A stretch of 64,000 nucleotides of DNA from Mobula birostris (Eukaryota): contig NC_092374.1 in assembly GCF_030028105.1 (NCBI RefSeq), positions 178,584,057 to 178,648,056 of the forward strand. Reading direction: 5' to 3'. This document shows, piece after piece, positions 22,801 to 35,650 of the stretch (the stretch's first letter is position 1; each line of letters begins with the position of its first letter). The notes below the pieces were generated by a model. It searched no databases, was not told the DNA's origin, and saw nothing but the letters and a program-made list of their open reading frames with translations. The position numbers and the translations under genes are program-made.

Positions 22801-25800
22801 TCAAAGTAGATTAATTTCCAAATTGTTTATACAGAATACAACTCTGAGGTTTACCCTCCGATGCAGCGAAGGAACAAAGAGGCACCAAGGAACCCGTTCA
22901 AAGAAAACATCAAGCACCCAACATGCAGAGAGAGAACAGATTGCACAAACAGCAAAAACTGAGCTAGCAACACAGAGAATATCAAACATCGAAGCAGGGG
23001 TATTTTTGTTCTTAATTGTCCATTCCTTATCTGTTAGGGCATCATAGTGTACTGAGAATGACTCCAGGGGCAGTGTCTCATACTGTGTGTGAGATGTGAG
23101 TATTCTGGGAGACATCCAGTCTCTCGGATAAACACATCTGCACCAGGTGCGTCAAGCTGCGGCTCCTCAGAGAATGTGTTAAGGAACTGGAGCTGCAGCT
23201 CACTGACCTTAGCTTCATATGGGAGAAAGAGGAAGTGATAGATAGGAGCTACAGGGAGGTAGTCACCCTTGGTTTCAGGAGATTGGTAAATGGGTGACTG
23301 TCCGGAGAAGGAGGGGAGATGCTCAGCCAGTGCAGAGTACACCTGTGGTCATACCCCTCAATATAAATGTAACACTTTAGATACCGTTGAAGGGGACAAC
23401 CTACCGGGGGTAACCACAGTGACCAGGTCTCTGGCATTGAATCTGATGCTGTGGCTCAGAAGAGCAGAGAGGTGAAGAAGACTGCAGTGTTGATAGGAGA
23501 TTCCATAGGCAGAAGAACAGGGACAAGATTCTGTGGGCACGATGGAGACACCCAGGTGGTATGTTGCCTCCCAGTTGCCTGGATCACGGATGTCTCGGAT
23601 CAGGTCCATTGCATTTTCAGGAGGGAGGGTGAGCAGCCAGAAATCTTGGTGCATCTTGGCACCAATGAAATGGGTTGATAAGTTGAGGAGGTCCTGAAGA
23701 GAGATTTGAGGGAGCTGTGTAGAAAGCTGTAAAACAGGACCCCAGTGTAGTAATCACTGGATTTCTGCCCGTGCCACGTGCCAGTGAGGGTAAGAATAGT
23801 ATGATTTGGCAGCTGTATGTGTGGCCAAGGAATTAGTGGAGAGGTCAGGGGTTCTCTTCTGGGTATGGCCTGTACAAAAGGGACAGGTTACACCTGAATC
23901 CAAGGGGGCACAATATCCTTGCATGCAGGTTTGCTAGAGTTGTTCAGGAGGGATTAAACTAATTTGACATGGGGATAGGAGCCTGAGTGATAGTGCTGAG
24001 GATGAGGTAGTTGGTTTACAAATGGAGGCAGTGTGTAATGGGACTCCTAGCAAGGAGAGGCTGATGATAGAGCACAATTGTAATCAACAGGATGAGTTGC
24101 AATGTAAAAAGTGGACAAAATCGAAAATGGTGAATACAGGACTAAAGATGTTATATTTGAATGTGTGCAGTATATGGAATAAGGTCAATGAACTTGTAGC
24201 ACAGTTACAGACTGGCATGTATGATTTTGTGTGTATTCGCATTGAAGGATACACATTGTATCAAAAGGGTAGGGAGATGTGGAGGCATTGCTCTGTTGGT
24301 AAAAAATGAAATCAAATCATTAGAAAGGTGATGTAGGGTCAGAAGATATTGAATCATTGTGGGTAGAGCTAAGGAACTTCAAGGGTAAAAAGACCCTGAT
24401 GAGAGTTATATACAGATCCCTAAACTCTAGTAAGGATGTGGTCTACAAATTACAATGGGAGATAGAAAATGCATGCCAAATGGGCAATGTTACAATAGTG
24501 GCGGGGAATTTCAATATGCAGGTAGATTGGGAAAATCAGTTTGTGCTGGATCCCAAGAAGTGGAATTTCTAGAATGCTTGCGGGATGGCTTTTTAAAGCA
24601 GCTCATGGTTGAGTCCACTGAGGTATCAGCTATTCTGGATTGAGTGTTGTGCAATGAACCAGAATTGTTTAGAGAGCTTAAGGTAAAGGTACTCTTAGGG
24701 GTAAGTAATCATAATATAATAGAATTCACCATGCAATTTGAGAAGGAGAGCTAAAGTCAGATATATCAGGATTACAGTGGAGTAAAGGGAATTACAGAGG
24801 CATGAGAGAGGATCTAGCCAAAATTGCTTTGAAAATAACAGTGAAAGGGATGGTGGCAGAACATAAATGGATAGAGTTTCTGGAAGCAATTCAGAAGGCA
24901 CAGTGTATATACAACCCATAGAGGAAGATGTATTCTAAAGGCGAGATGACACAAGGTAGGTGGCTAACGAGAAGTCAAAGCAAACATAAAAGCCAAAAAG
25001 ATGGCATATAATAGAGCAAAAATTAGTGGGAAATTAGAGAATTGGGAAACTTTTAAAACCCAGCAGAAGGCAACTGAAAAAATCATTAAGAAGGATAAGA
25101 TGGAATATAAGAGTAAGCTAGCCAATAATAAAGAAGATGCAAACAGTTTGTATGGATAGATAAAGTGTAAAAGAGAGGTGAGATTGGATTTCAGACTGCT
25201 GTAAAATGATGCTGGAGAGGTAGTAATAGGGGACAACAAAATAGTGGATGAAATGAGGAAGACACTAGCAGTATGCTGGAAGCTTGAGTGTCGGGGAGCA
25301 GGTGTGCGTTAAGTTGCCATTACTAGACAGATGTTTCTTGGGAAAATGAAATGTCTTTAGGTCACCTGGACAGATGGTGTACCTGCTAGGATTCTGCAAG
25401 AGGTGGCTGAAAAGATTATGGAGGCATTAGTAATGATCTTTCAAGAATCTTTAGATTCTGGAATGGTTCTGGAATATTGGAAAATTGCAAATATCTCTCC
25501 ACTCTTCAAGCAGGGAGAGACACAGAAGAAAGGAAACTATAGGCCAGTTCGTCTGACCTCAGTTGTTTGGAGTTGATTGTTCAATGTGGGACTTTGGGGT
25601 ACTTGGAGGCACATGATAAAATAGGACGTAGTCGGCATAGTTTCTTTAACGGAAGATCTGTTGGAATTCTTTAATAAAATAACAAGCCGGATAGACAAAG
25701 GAGAATCAGTGGATGTTGTGTACTTGGATTTTCAGAAGGCCTTTGACAAGGTGTGGCATAGGTAGAACAAGGAAAGAGGTCCTAGTCATAGTCATAGTCA

Positions 25801-28800
25801 TAGTCATACTTTATTGATCCTGGGGCAAATTGGTTTTCGTTACAGTTGCACCATAAATAATAAATAGTAATAGAAATAGTAATAGTAATATTACTATTAG
25901 TAAATAGTAAATAGTAATAGTCATAGAAATAATAAATAGTAATAGAATAGTAATAGAAAATAGTAATAAGTAGTTAAATAGTAATATGTAAATTATGCCA
26001 GTAAATTATGAAATAAGTCCAGGACCAGCCTCTCGGCTCAGGGTGTCTGACCCTCCAAGGGAGGAGTTGTAAAGTTTGATGGCCACAGGGAGGAATGACT
26101 TCCTATGACGCTCTGTGCTGCATCTCAGAGGAATGAGTCTCTGGCTGAATGTACTCCTGTGCCCACCCAGCACATTCTGTAGAGGATGGGAGACATTGCC
26201 CAAGATGGCATGCAACTTAGACAACATCCTCTTTTCAGACACCACTGTGAGAGAGTCCAGTTCCATCCCCACAACATCACTGGCCTTACGAATGAATTTG
26301 TTGATCCTGTTGGTGTCTGCCATCCTCAGCCTGCTGCCCCAGCACACAACAGCAAACAGCAAATTCCCTTCTACTGAGGGAATTTGAGCAACTAGGGACT
26401 AAATTAAAATGCAGAACAGAAAAGGTGGTAATCTCTGGATTACTACTGAGCCATGAGCAAATTGGCATGGGGTTTAGAAGATTAGAGAGTTATATGTGGG
26501 GCTGAAGGATTGGTGTGGGTGGAGTAGGTTTGATTTTGCAGGAAATTGGCACCAGTATTGGGAAGGAGGGAGCTGTACCAATGGGACAGGCTCCAGCTGA
26601 ACTGTGATGGGACCTGGCTGCTCGTGAATCGCATAACCAGGGCTGTGCGTAGGGCTTTAAACTAAATTGTAGGGGGTGGGTTTAGTAGGGGGAATGGGTT
26701 CAACAGATTAGAAATGTATAGATAAAGTAAAAGAGAAAACTGTGGATGAAGATAATGAAAAATCAAAAGATAAAAAAGAGAAAAGTAAGAGTGGAGTAAA
26801 GAAAAGACAAGTTCAAAAGAGAAAAAGATTACAAGATTTTCAAAGCACAATGAGTGAAATGGCACTTTATCTGAATGCCCGTAGTATTCAAAATAAGGTC
26901 AGTGAACTTTTGGCACTAATCACTACAAAGGGGTATGATTTCATGGGCATTACAGAATTGTGGTTGCAGGGTGGAGAGGATTGGGAAGTGAATATCCAAG
27001 GATATCAGGTAATATGGAAGGATAGACAGGAATGTAAGGGAGGTGGGTTAGCGGTCTTAGTTAAGGATGAGACCAGGGTGATCATGAAAGACGATATAAG
27101 ATCTAATGAGCAGAATTTTGAATCCATCTGGGTAGAGATTAGGAATAGAAAAGGGAAATAATCACTGGTGGAAGTTTTCTATCAACCACCGAATTATAAT
27201 ATTACGGTCGCACAGGCAATAAACAGACAAATATCTGTGGCATGTAAGAATGGAACAGCAGTTGTTATGGGAGACTTTAACTTGGGTATAGATTGGGTGA
27301 ATCAAGTTGATGAAGGCAGTCTTAAGGAGGATTTCATAGAATACATCCATGATGGCTTTCTTGAACAACATGTCACTAAACCTACAAGTAAATGTGCTGT
27401 CTTAGCTCTGGTCCTGTGCAATGTATCAGGTAAAATTAGTTATCTTGTAGTTAGGGATCCTCTTGGAAAGAGTGATCACAGTGTGATTGAGTTTCTCGTA
27501 CAAATGGAGGGCGCAATAGTTCGATAGAAAACTAGTGTATTACTGTATGCCTAAACAGTGGAGACTACAATGGGATAAGGGAGGATTTGGCTTGTGTAGA
27601 CTGGGAACACAGACCATATGGTGGGACGGTTGAGGAACAGTGGAAGACTTTAAAAGAGATTTTTCACGGTGTTCAACAGAAGTATATTCCAGTTAAAAGT
27701 GGGGAGCAAGTAAGTTAGCAAGGGTGGGAAATGAAAAAAAGTATCAAACTAAAAGCTCGTTTGTATAAATTTGCCAAGAGTAGTGGGAAAATGCAAGATT
27801 GAGAAAACTTTAAAAAGCAACATAGAACCACTAAGCGAGCAGCGAAGGAAGGGAAGATAGACTACGAAAATAAACTAGCACAAAATATAAAAGCAGATCA
27901 TAAAAGTTGTTATAATTATATAAAGCAGAAAAGGGTGGCTTAAGTGAACATCGGTCCCTTGGAAGACGAGAAGGGGAATTAATATTGGGGAATGAGGAAA
28001 TGACAGAGGCTTTAGATCTACGTTGTGTCGGTCTTCACAGTGGAGGTGGAGGGCACGTCTAACATGCCAAAGACAGATGTTATGGACGCAATGGGAGGAC
28101 GAAATGGCAGAAGTTATAGTAGAGGCTTTGGTGATAGTTTACCAAAATAGAACAATAGAGTTGGGGCTAATGTATTAGCATGGATAGAGGATTGGTTGAC
28201 TAATAGAAAGAAGAGAGTTGGGATACCTGGGTGCTTCTCTGGTTGGCAGTCAGTGGTGAGTGGTGTGCCATTGGGGTCTGTGCTGGGGCTGCAACTGTTC
28301 ATGACATACATTAACGATCTGGAAGAGAGGACTGAGTGTAGTGTATCTAAGTTTTCGTAAAGTATGGAAGCATCTTGAGCCTTGTCAAAGGAACGAAAAG
28401 TAATCCAGGAAATTATAGGCCAGTAAGTTTAACGTCGGTAGTAGGTAAGTTATTGGAGGGAGTACTAAGAGACAGAATCTACAAGCATTTGGATAGACAG
28501 GGACTTATTTGGGAGAGTCAACATGGCTTTGTGCATGGTAGGTCATGTTTGACCAATCTATTGGAGTTTTTCGAGGAGGTTACCAGGAAAGTGGATGAAG
28601 GGAAGGCAGTGGATATTGTCTACATGGACTTCAGTAAGGCCTTTGACAAGATCCCGCATTGGAGGTTAGTTAGGAAAATTCAGTCGCTAGGTATACATGG
28701 AGATGTGGTAAATTGGATTAGACATTGGCTCGATGGAAGAAGCCAAAGAGTGGTGGTAGAGAATTGCTTCTCCGAGTGGAGGCCTGTGACTAGTCGTGTG

Positions 28801-31800
28801 CCACAGGGATCAGTGTTGGGTCCATTGTTATTTGTCATCTATATCAATGATCTGGATGATAATGTGGTAAATTGGATCAGCAAATTTGCTGATGATACAA
28901 AGATTGGAGGTGTAGTAGACAGTGAGGAAGGTTTTCAGAGCCTGCAGAGGGACTTGGACCAGCTGGAAAAATGGGCTGAGAAATGGCAGATGGAGTTTAA
29001 TACAGACAAGTGTGAGGTATTGCACGTTGGAAGGACAAACCAAGGTAGAACATACAGGGTTAATGGTAAGGCACTGAGGAGTGCAGTAGAACAGAGGGAT
29101 CTGGGAAAACAGATAGAAAATTCCCTAAAAGTGGCATCACAGTTAGATAGGGTTGTAAAGAGAGCTTTTGGTACATTGGCCTTTATTAATCAAAGTATTG
29201 AGTATAAGAGCTGGAATGTTATGATGAGGTTGTATAAGGCATTGGTGAGGCCGAATCTGGAGTATTGTGTTCAGTTTTGGTCACCAAATTACAGGAAGGA
29301 TATAAATAAGGTTGAAAGAGTGCAGAGAAGGTTTACAAGGATGTTGCCGGGACTTGAGAAACTCAGTTACAGAGAAAGGTTGAGTAGGTTAGGACTTTAT
29401 TCCCTGGAGCATAGAAGAGTGAGGGGAGATTTGATAGAGGTATATAAAATTATGATGGGTATAGATAGAGTGAATGCAAGCAGGCTTTTTCCACTGAGGC
29501 AAGGGGAGAAAAAAACCAGAGGACATGGGTTAAGGGTGAGGGGGGAAAAGTTTAAAGGGAACATTAGTGGGGGCTTTTTCACACAGAGAGTGGTGGGAGT
29601 ATGGAATGAGCTGCCAGACGAGGTGGTAAATGCGGGTTCTTTTTTAACATTTAAGAATAAATTAGACAGATACATGGATGGGAGGTGTATGGAGGGATAT
29701 GGTCTGTGTGCAGGTCAGTGGGGCTAGGCAGAAAATGGTTCGGCACAGCCAAGAAGGGCCAAAAGGCCTGTTTCTGTGCTGTAGTTTCTATGGTTTCTAT
29801 GGTAATATGGTCTACGCAGGAACTCCTGACTCCTGAAAACTGCTGAATTGCATGTATTTTAAGGTGTAAAAGACCATGCTTGTGCTCACTTTAGCAGAGT
29901 CTTTTAGTGGGCTCTCCATGGTCATGTAAGTAAGTAATTAAACTGAATACTGGGGTCTGTGTCCTTGTTTAATCAGCAATAGTAAATTTCTGTGACACTC
30001 AGAGTAGAGGGGCATCCTTTTAAAAAGGAGATCAGGAAATATTTCTTGAGCCAGAGAGCAGTACATATGTGGAATTCGTTGTTACAGGCAACTTGGCAGC
30101 TGTGGAGGCCACATCTTTACTATATTTAAAGCAGAGATTGATAGATTCTGTATAGTCACGACATGAAGCGATACAGGGAGATGGCAGGACATTGGAGCTG
30201 TGAGGGATAATGGACCAGATGAAATGGTGGAGCTGACTCGATGGGCCAAATGGCCCCATTCTGCTTCTATATCTTATGGTTTTATCAAGTCTAGATGTAC
30301 TCAGTTTAGTTTAGTGCCTTGCCACTAGCCAAATGCTGGCCGCAGATTCAGTCTTCGCTGAAACGCCCAGTGCGCACTGATGCACCCTGATCAAACCACT
30401 TAGAAACAGGAAACAAAGGGTAACCAGAATCCAGAAATACATGAACCCTAAAGTCCCCCAAAAAGAGTCACAACCACGAGCCTCACCGATCAATCCCTGC
30501 ATTGTGGAACCCAAGCCTCCTGCACTTTCCTCCAACAGCAGCTAGTAAAAGGGAGAGGAATACCAGGCAAATGCGGCAGATGGCGCCAAATACCAGCCTG
30601 GCCTCCGCACTTGGCCTCGTCCACTTCAAACTTGCTCAACGCCTCAGCCAGAGAGAAGCAATGGAGCCAATTGTGGGCTTACAGTCCACCTCCAGGCCTG
30701 TAGCCCGTACGCTCCAATTAACTCACTGTTTCAAATTAGGAGATCCCTCATTACTGCAGGTTGGGAAACCCCTAACCATTTTGTTTTCGGAGCTCCTTCT
30801 CATTCCCATATGAGGAGATCCCTCTGCATCTCTGATTGGAAGCTTCCTTACTATCCAGATCTGGAGATCCCTCTCTGTCCCAGATTGGGAACACCATCAA
30901 TTTGTTAGATCATCAAATTGTTCAGTATCCTGATTCATGACAGCCCACACCATCTCGGTCTCAGAGCCCCATAATCGTCTCAGACTGAGGTATCCCTTAT
31001 GTTGCTGTATTGGGAGTTCCCTCACCATCGCAGGATGTTCCACTTGCCTTGCCTTTCCAATGCTTCTTTTCCAAGCTGAACAGCCCTTTGCAAATACCAA
31101 GTGCAGTTACTCTTCGATGCAGTCATGTCAGTGAATCTGAGTTGGCTCAATTGATCATTGAGCATTGCTGGGAAAAGAGCGCCAGAGCATTTCAATGTGT
31201 TCAAATCACAGCTGAACTCTCCGATATCCGGGACGTTGATTTTCAGAATCTCATTGACCGTATCTCCAGATTGTGTGCAGCTCCAGAGTGCCTGTATGTA
31301 GCTGAAGCCTGTAAATTACCAACAGATTAATTAACATTAATAGCTGAAGCTTCCAATACTAGATAATGGTCTGCTAAATACGTAAATGCTATGTGACTAA
31401 GAGGTGCACAAAGTAGTGGGTCACGGTCAGCGACTGTGTACAGTTAAGGCCAAGAGCATGGGGTGAAGTGTCCTATATAGAACATTTGTCAGTGTGTGGC
31501 ACAGATCACAGGGTCTCGAGGAATCAGTAATCAATGTGAGCAACTGTTCAAATGGCAGGGTGGGAGGGGAAAGTTTAAAGAGATTCAATTTGTCATTAAT
31601 GAATGGTAATGTTTTCAAACGTATAGTGAAAAGCATTCGGATTGGTTACATCACAGCTGGTAGGTAAACGCCAAAGCCCTGAAAGCCAAAAGGCTGCGAG
31701 GGTGCTGGATTCAACCAGGCCCATCACAGGCACAGCTCTCCCCATCATTGAGGACATCTTAATTAGCCAGAAAAAGTGGTTCACCTGAGGACTAGGAGAA

Positions 31801-34800
31801 ATTCAGAGTCCAGCAGAGGAGAACAAAGGGCTTAATTAGGAAGGGGAAAAAAGATTATGAGAGAAAACTGGCAGGGAACATAAAAACTAACTGAAAAAGC
31901 TTTTATAGATATGTGAAAAGAAAAAGATTGGTTAAGAGAAATGTAGGTCCCCTACAGACAGAAACAGGTAAATTGACTATGGGAAGCAAGGACGTGGCAG
32001 ACCAATTGAATAACTACTTTGGTTCTGTCTTCACTAAGGAGGACATAAGTAATCTTCCGGAAATAGTAGGGGACAGAGGGTCCAGTGAGATGGAGGAACT
32101 GAGGGAAATACATGTTAGTAGGGAAGTGGTGTTCGGTAAATTGAAGGGATTAAAGGCCGATAAATCCTCAGGGCCAGATGGTCTGCATCCCAGAGTGCTT
32201 AAGGAAGTTGTCCAAGTAATAGTGGATGCATTAGTGATAATTTTTCAAAACTCTTTAGATTCTGGGCTAGTTCCTGAGGATTGGAGGGTGGCTAATGTAA
32301 CCCCACTTTTTAAAAAAGGAGGGAGAGAGAAACCGTGGAATAATAGACCGGTTAGCCTGACATCGGTGTTGGGGAAAATGCTAGAGTCAGTTATCAAAGA
32401 TGTGATAACAGCACATTTGGAAAGCGGTGAAATTATCGGACAAAGTCAGCATGGATTTGTGAAAGGAAAATCATGTCTGACGAATCTCATAGAATTTTTT
32501 GAGGATGTAACTAGTAGAGTGGATAGGGGAGAACCAGTGGATGTGGTATATTTGGATTTTCAAAAGGTTTTTGACAAGGTCCCACACAGGAGATTAGTGT
32601 GCAAACTTAAAACTCATGGTATTGGGGGTAAGGTATTGATGTGGATAGAGTTGGTTGGCAGACAGGAAGCGAAGAGCAGGAATAAACGAGGCCTTTTCAG
32701 AATGGCAGGCCGTGACTAGAGGGGTACCGCAAGGCTCAGTGCTGGGATCCTAGTTGTTTACAATATATATTAATGACTTAGATGAGGGAATTAAATGCAG
32801 CATCTCCAAGTTTGTGGATGACTAAGAGGATGCAGGGTGACTTGGATAGATTAGGTGAGTGGGCAAATTCATGGCAAATGCAATTTAATGTGGATAAATG
32901 TGAGGTTATCCACTTTGGTGGCAAAAACAGGAAAACAGATTATTATCTGAATGGTGGCCGATTAGGAAAAGGGGAGGTGCAACGAGATCTGGGTGTCATT
33001 ATACACCAGTCATTGAAAGTGGGCATGCAGGTACAGCAGGCGGTGAAAAAGGCGAATGGTATGCTGGCATTCACAGCAAAAGGATTCGAGTACAGGAGCA
33101 GGGAGGTACTACTGCAGTTGTACAAGGCCTTGGTGAGACCACACCTGGAGTATTGTGTGCAGTTCTGGTCCCCTAATCTGAGGAAAGACATCCTTGCCAT
33201 AGAGGGAATAGAAAGAAGGTTCACCAGATTGATTCCTGGGATGGCAGGACTTTCATATGATGAAAGACTGGATCGACTAGGCTTATACTCGTTGGAATTT
33301 AGAAGATTGAGGGGGGATCTTATTGAAACATATAAAATATTAAAGGGATTGGACAGGCTAGATGCAGGAAGATTGTTCCCGATGTTGGGGAAGTCCAGAA
33401 CGAGGGGTCACAGTTTGAGGATAAAGGGAAGCCTTTTAGGACTGAGATTAGGCAAAACACAGAGAGTGGAGAATCTGTGGAATTCTCTGCCACAGGAAAC
33501 AGTTGAGGCCAGTTCATTGGCTATACTTAAGAGGGAGTTAGATATGGCTTTGTGGCTAAAGGGATCAGGGGGTATGGGGGGAAGGCTGGTACAGGGTTCT
33601 GAGTTGGATGATCAGCCATGATCATACTGAATGGCGGTGCAGGCTCGAAGGGCCGAATGGCCTACTCCTGCACCTATTTTCTATGTTTCTATGTTAGTTT
33701 GGATTCCTTAACCAACTAGAAAAGCCTTAATGAGACCCTAGATTATATTCTTCTCTCTCTCTAAATCTTGCACAAATATTGTTACATTTATTTTGTTGTA
33801 TGCCTTTGTACATGTGCTGGTTGTACATATTTATTTAAAATTGACTGCATGCTAACATGTCCTGTAATATACCATGCTGCTGCTGTAAGGCAGTAATTTT
33901 ATGGCATTTGTACCCTGTGTATGTCAGCCTATGATCAGAAATGAACTTGAGCTTGAACTTATGCGGAGTGCACAGTACAGAGATCACGTTGAAACACTGT
34001 GCAGTGCACAGTACTCTACGTACAAAGCAGGGGGCACATTGAAGGACTTTGTCAACATGTGGGTCGGAGCAGGGGCTCACAGTGAGAGACTGCGCTGTAC
34101 AGTCTGCGCTGAACCACGTCCACTGCAGAGAGTTACGGCGGAGAATTCTGAAAGCAACATGTTTGTATTCAGTGTCAATAAGCACAGAGTGTGCAACACA
34201 GCAGTTCTGGTCACTCTGTGACGGTGAGGCTTTGGAGTAGGTGCAGAAGATGCTTACCAGATGCTGCCTGGATTGGAGAGATTTGACCCACTTGGGCTGT
34301 TTTCTCTGTTTTAAAGTTGACAGCTGGTATTATTTTTCCATCAGTTGAAATGTCTAATACAAGAGGGCATGGAAAAGGGGGTATGTTCAATGGAGATGTG
34401 CAGGGTAAGTCTTTTCCAGAATAGCGTGTTCCTAAATTGTGCTTCCAGGGGTTGTGGTAGTAGCAGATACAAAGAGGGCGTTCAAGAAGCTTAGGCAAGC
34501 AGGACATGGACATTGTGTAGGCAGAAAGGATGAGATTAGTTTGGCATTTGATTATTAATATAATTAGTTCAGCAGAACATTTTGGGCCAAAGGGCCTGTT
34601 CCTGTGTTGTAGTGTTCTATGTTCTAATGCACGGAGTCCCCACACCAAATTAGATCTGGAAAGCGTCATTGTGGCAGGTGACTAGGTATGAGCCATGGAC
34701 ATCTTAGTTCCAACCATCCTAGACTGAAGCATCCCCAAGTCTGGAGTTGGGGAGTAGGCTTAGGATTAGAGTTTGAGCCAGGCAAAGCCTGTATAGACAG

Positions 34801-35650
34801 TGGGTTTGATTTTCACTGTTTCTCTGAAGAGGTCCGTGGGGAATGAGGACTGGATAATCAGTTTATTTTGAAGGGTCAGAACTTACCCAGAACTTACCCA
34901 GAATTCTTGTAATTGGAGTTAAGGAAGGTAGAGAGCAGAATGGAGATTTGAGAGATTTGAAAGACTTTAAGCTAGATACAACATAATCGGATCTAATAGA
35001 ACATCAAGATATTGGCAATATGCAAGTCACTGTGATACTCAAAGGGTAGTGGAGATCAAAGACACTCACTAATCAATGAGGTGAGTGGCTTCAGATATGT
35101 TGAGAGGAGCTCATGAAGCTGATCGGTTATTTCTTTCTGTTCTTTCCAGTAGTCGGTCGATAAGCCATCTGCGATCCACTGGTACTTGACTTCTACTTCA
35201 TGCAGTGTGTTGTCGTAGTAGTCTATCTGCAAGTCATCGAGCATCCCAATCCTGAAGAAAGCTGGCATTTCGGGAATGCTGATGGATTGGAAGTAGTAAT
35301 ATATCAAGCTGTGTGAGCCTGAGTAAAAGGACAGAGAGAGAGGAGTGTCACAAAACAACAAAGGATGCTCACAATTTATAAGGCACAAATTGGGAGTTTG
35401 ATGGCATACTCGCCACTTGAATGGATTAATACACATCCAAACAGACATCCTACTGGATCAGGCAGCACTCCCACCCCTCTTTATTAGCTCCCCAAACACG
35501 AGCAACCAACACTATGAAAACTTGCTTCACTGCTCTGGTCATTTACAAAATCCTAAGCAGATACTCACTGAAGCCAATCCAACAGAACAACCCAAACCCC
35601 AGCACGAAGGAGGTCAAGGGCAGCAGGGAAACAGGAGCACCAACTCCCAT
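19777..35650 (-). CDS. Gene B, complete non-classical MHC class I heavy-chain gene; join complement(35569-35650, 35070-35318, 31048-31308, 22123-22389, 19777-19853); 311 aa
   Basis: Exon lengths 82+249+261+267+77 = 936 nt = 311 codons plus stop. All introns are phase 1. Order is leader, alpha1, alpha2, alpha3, anchor. No internal stop. Confidence 0.88.
22123..22389 (-). CDS. Gene B, MHC class I alpha3 exon (267 nt)
   Basis: Acceptor ttcttccccag|TT, donor GGAG|gtaggt. About 89% nt identity to 105-380, with a 9-nt in-frame deletion near the 3' end. Confidence 0.93.
23030..25760 (+). mobile_element. Degenerate CR1 (ORF1 SGNH-esterase region, APE, RT start)
   Basis: AVLIGDSI...VCCLP....VHLGTNEMG (23451-23678), WVELRNFKGKKTL (24357), DFQKAFDKV-like end near 25730. 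Confidence 0.85.
25785..26370 (-). mobile_element. Rex1/Babar-type LINE 3' fragment with (catagt)n tail and an AT-rich (aatagt)n microsatellite at 25850-25990
   Basis: ORF 26006-26362 ends PLRCSTERHRKSFLPVAIKLYNSS; tandem repeats visible directly. Confidence 0.75.
26370..28360 (+). mobile_element. Degenerate CR1 (ORF1 end, APE endonuclease, RT pieces)
   Basis: ALYLNARSIQNK...GITELWL...WVEIRN (26742-27161), VMGDFNL (27168-27527). Confidence 0.85.
28385..29803 (+). mobile_element. Young 5'-truncated CR1 with an open 450-aa RT ORF, in gene B intron 3
   Basis: ORF 28375-29727 with YMDFSKAFDK, PQGSVLGP and FADDTK; tail tttctatggtttctatgg. Confidence 0.95.
31048..31308 (-). CDS. Gene B, MHC class I alpha2 exon (261 nt)
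   Basis: Acceptor taatttacag|GC; frame open: SFSYIQALWSC...NCTWYLQRAVQLGKEALERQ, with Q96/C101/C164 equivalents and the typical GKExLER end. Donor is CAAG|gcaagt (GC). Confidence 0.88.
31780..33693 (+). mobile_element. 5'-truncated CR1 in gene B intron 2
   Basis: ORFs 31913-32719 and 32782-33621; close relative of 53500-55457. Confidence 0.92.
35070..35318 (-). CDS. Gene B, MHC class I alpha1 exon (249 nt)
   Basis: Acceptor ccttttactcag|GC, donor ATTA|gtgagt. SHSLIYYY..F..IGMLDDLQIDYYD...QWI....DYW matches the class I alpha1 pattern (SHSLxY, G.vDD.Q...yD, W51, Y59-W60). Confidence 0.92.
35569..35650 (-). CDS. Gene B, leader (signal peptide) exon
   Basis: ATG in context ctataATGG; MGVGAPVSLLPLTSFVLGFGLFCWIGF is hydrophobic; donor TTCA|gtgagt is phase 1; 250-nt intron to alpha1. 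Confidence 0.82.

Noticed and set aside
25785-25990. Short tandem repeat array as CRISPR-like or functional repeat
   Set aside because: Simple (catagt)n/(aatagt)n microsatellite at a LINE 3' end; no spacers; eukaryotic context.
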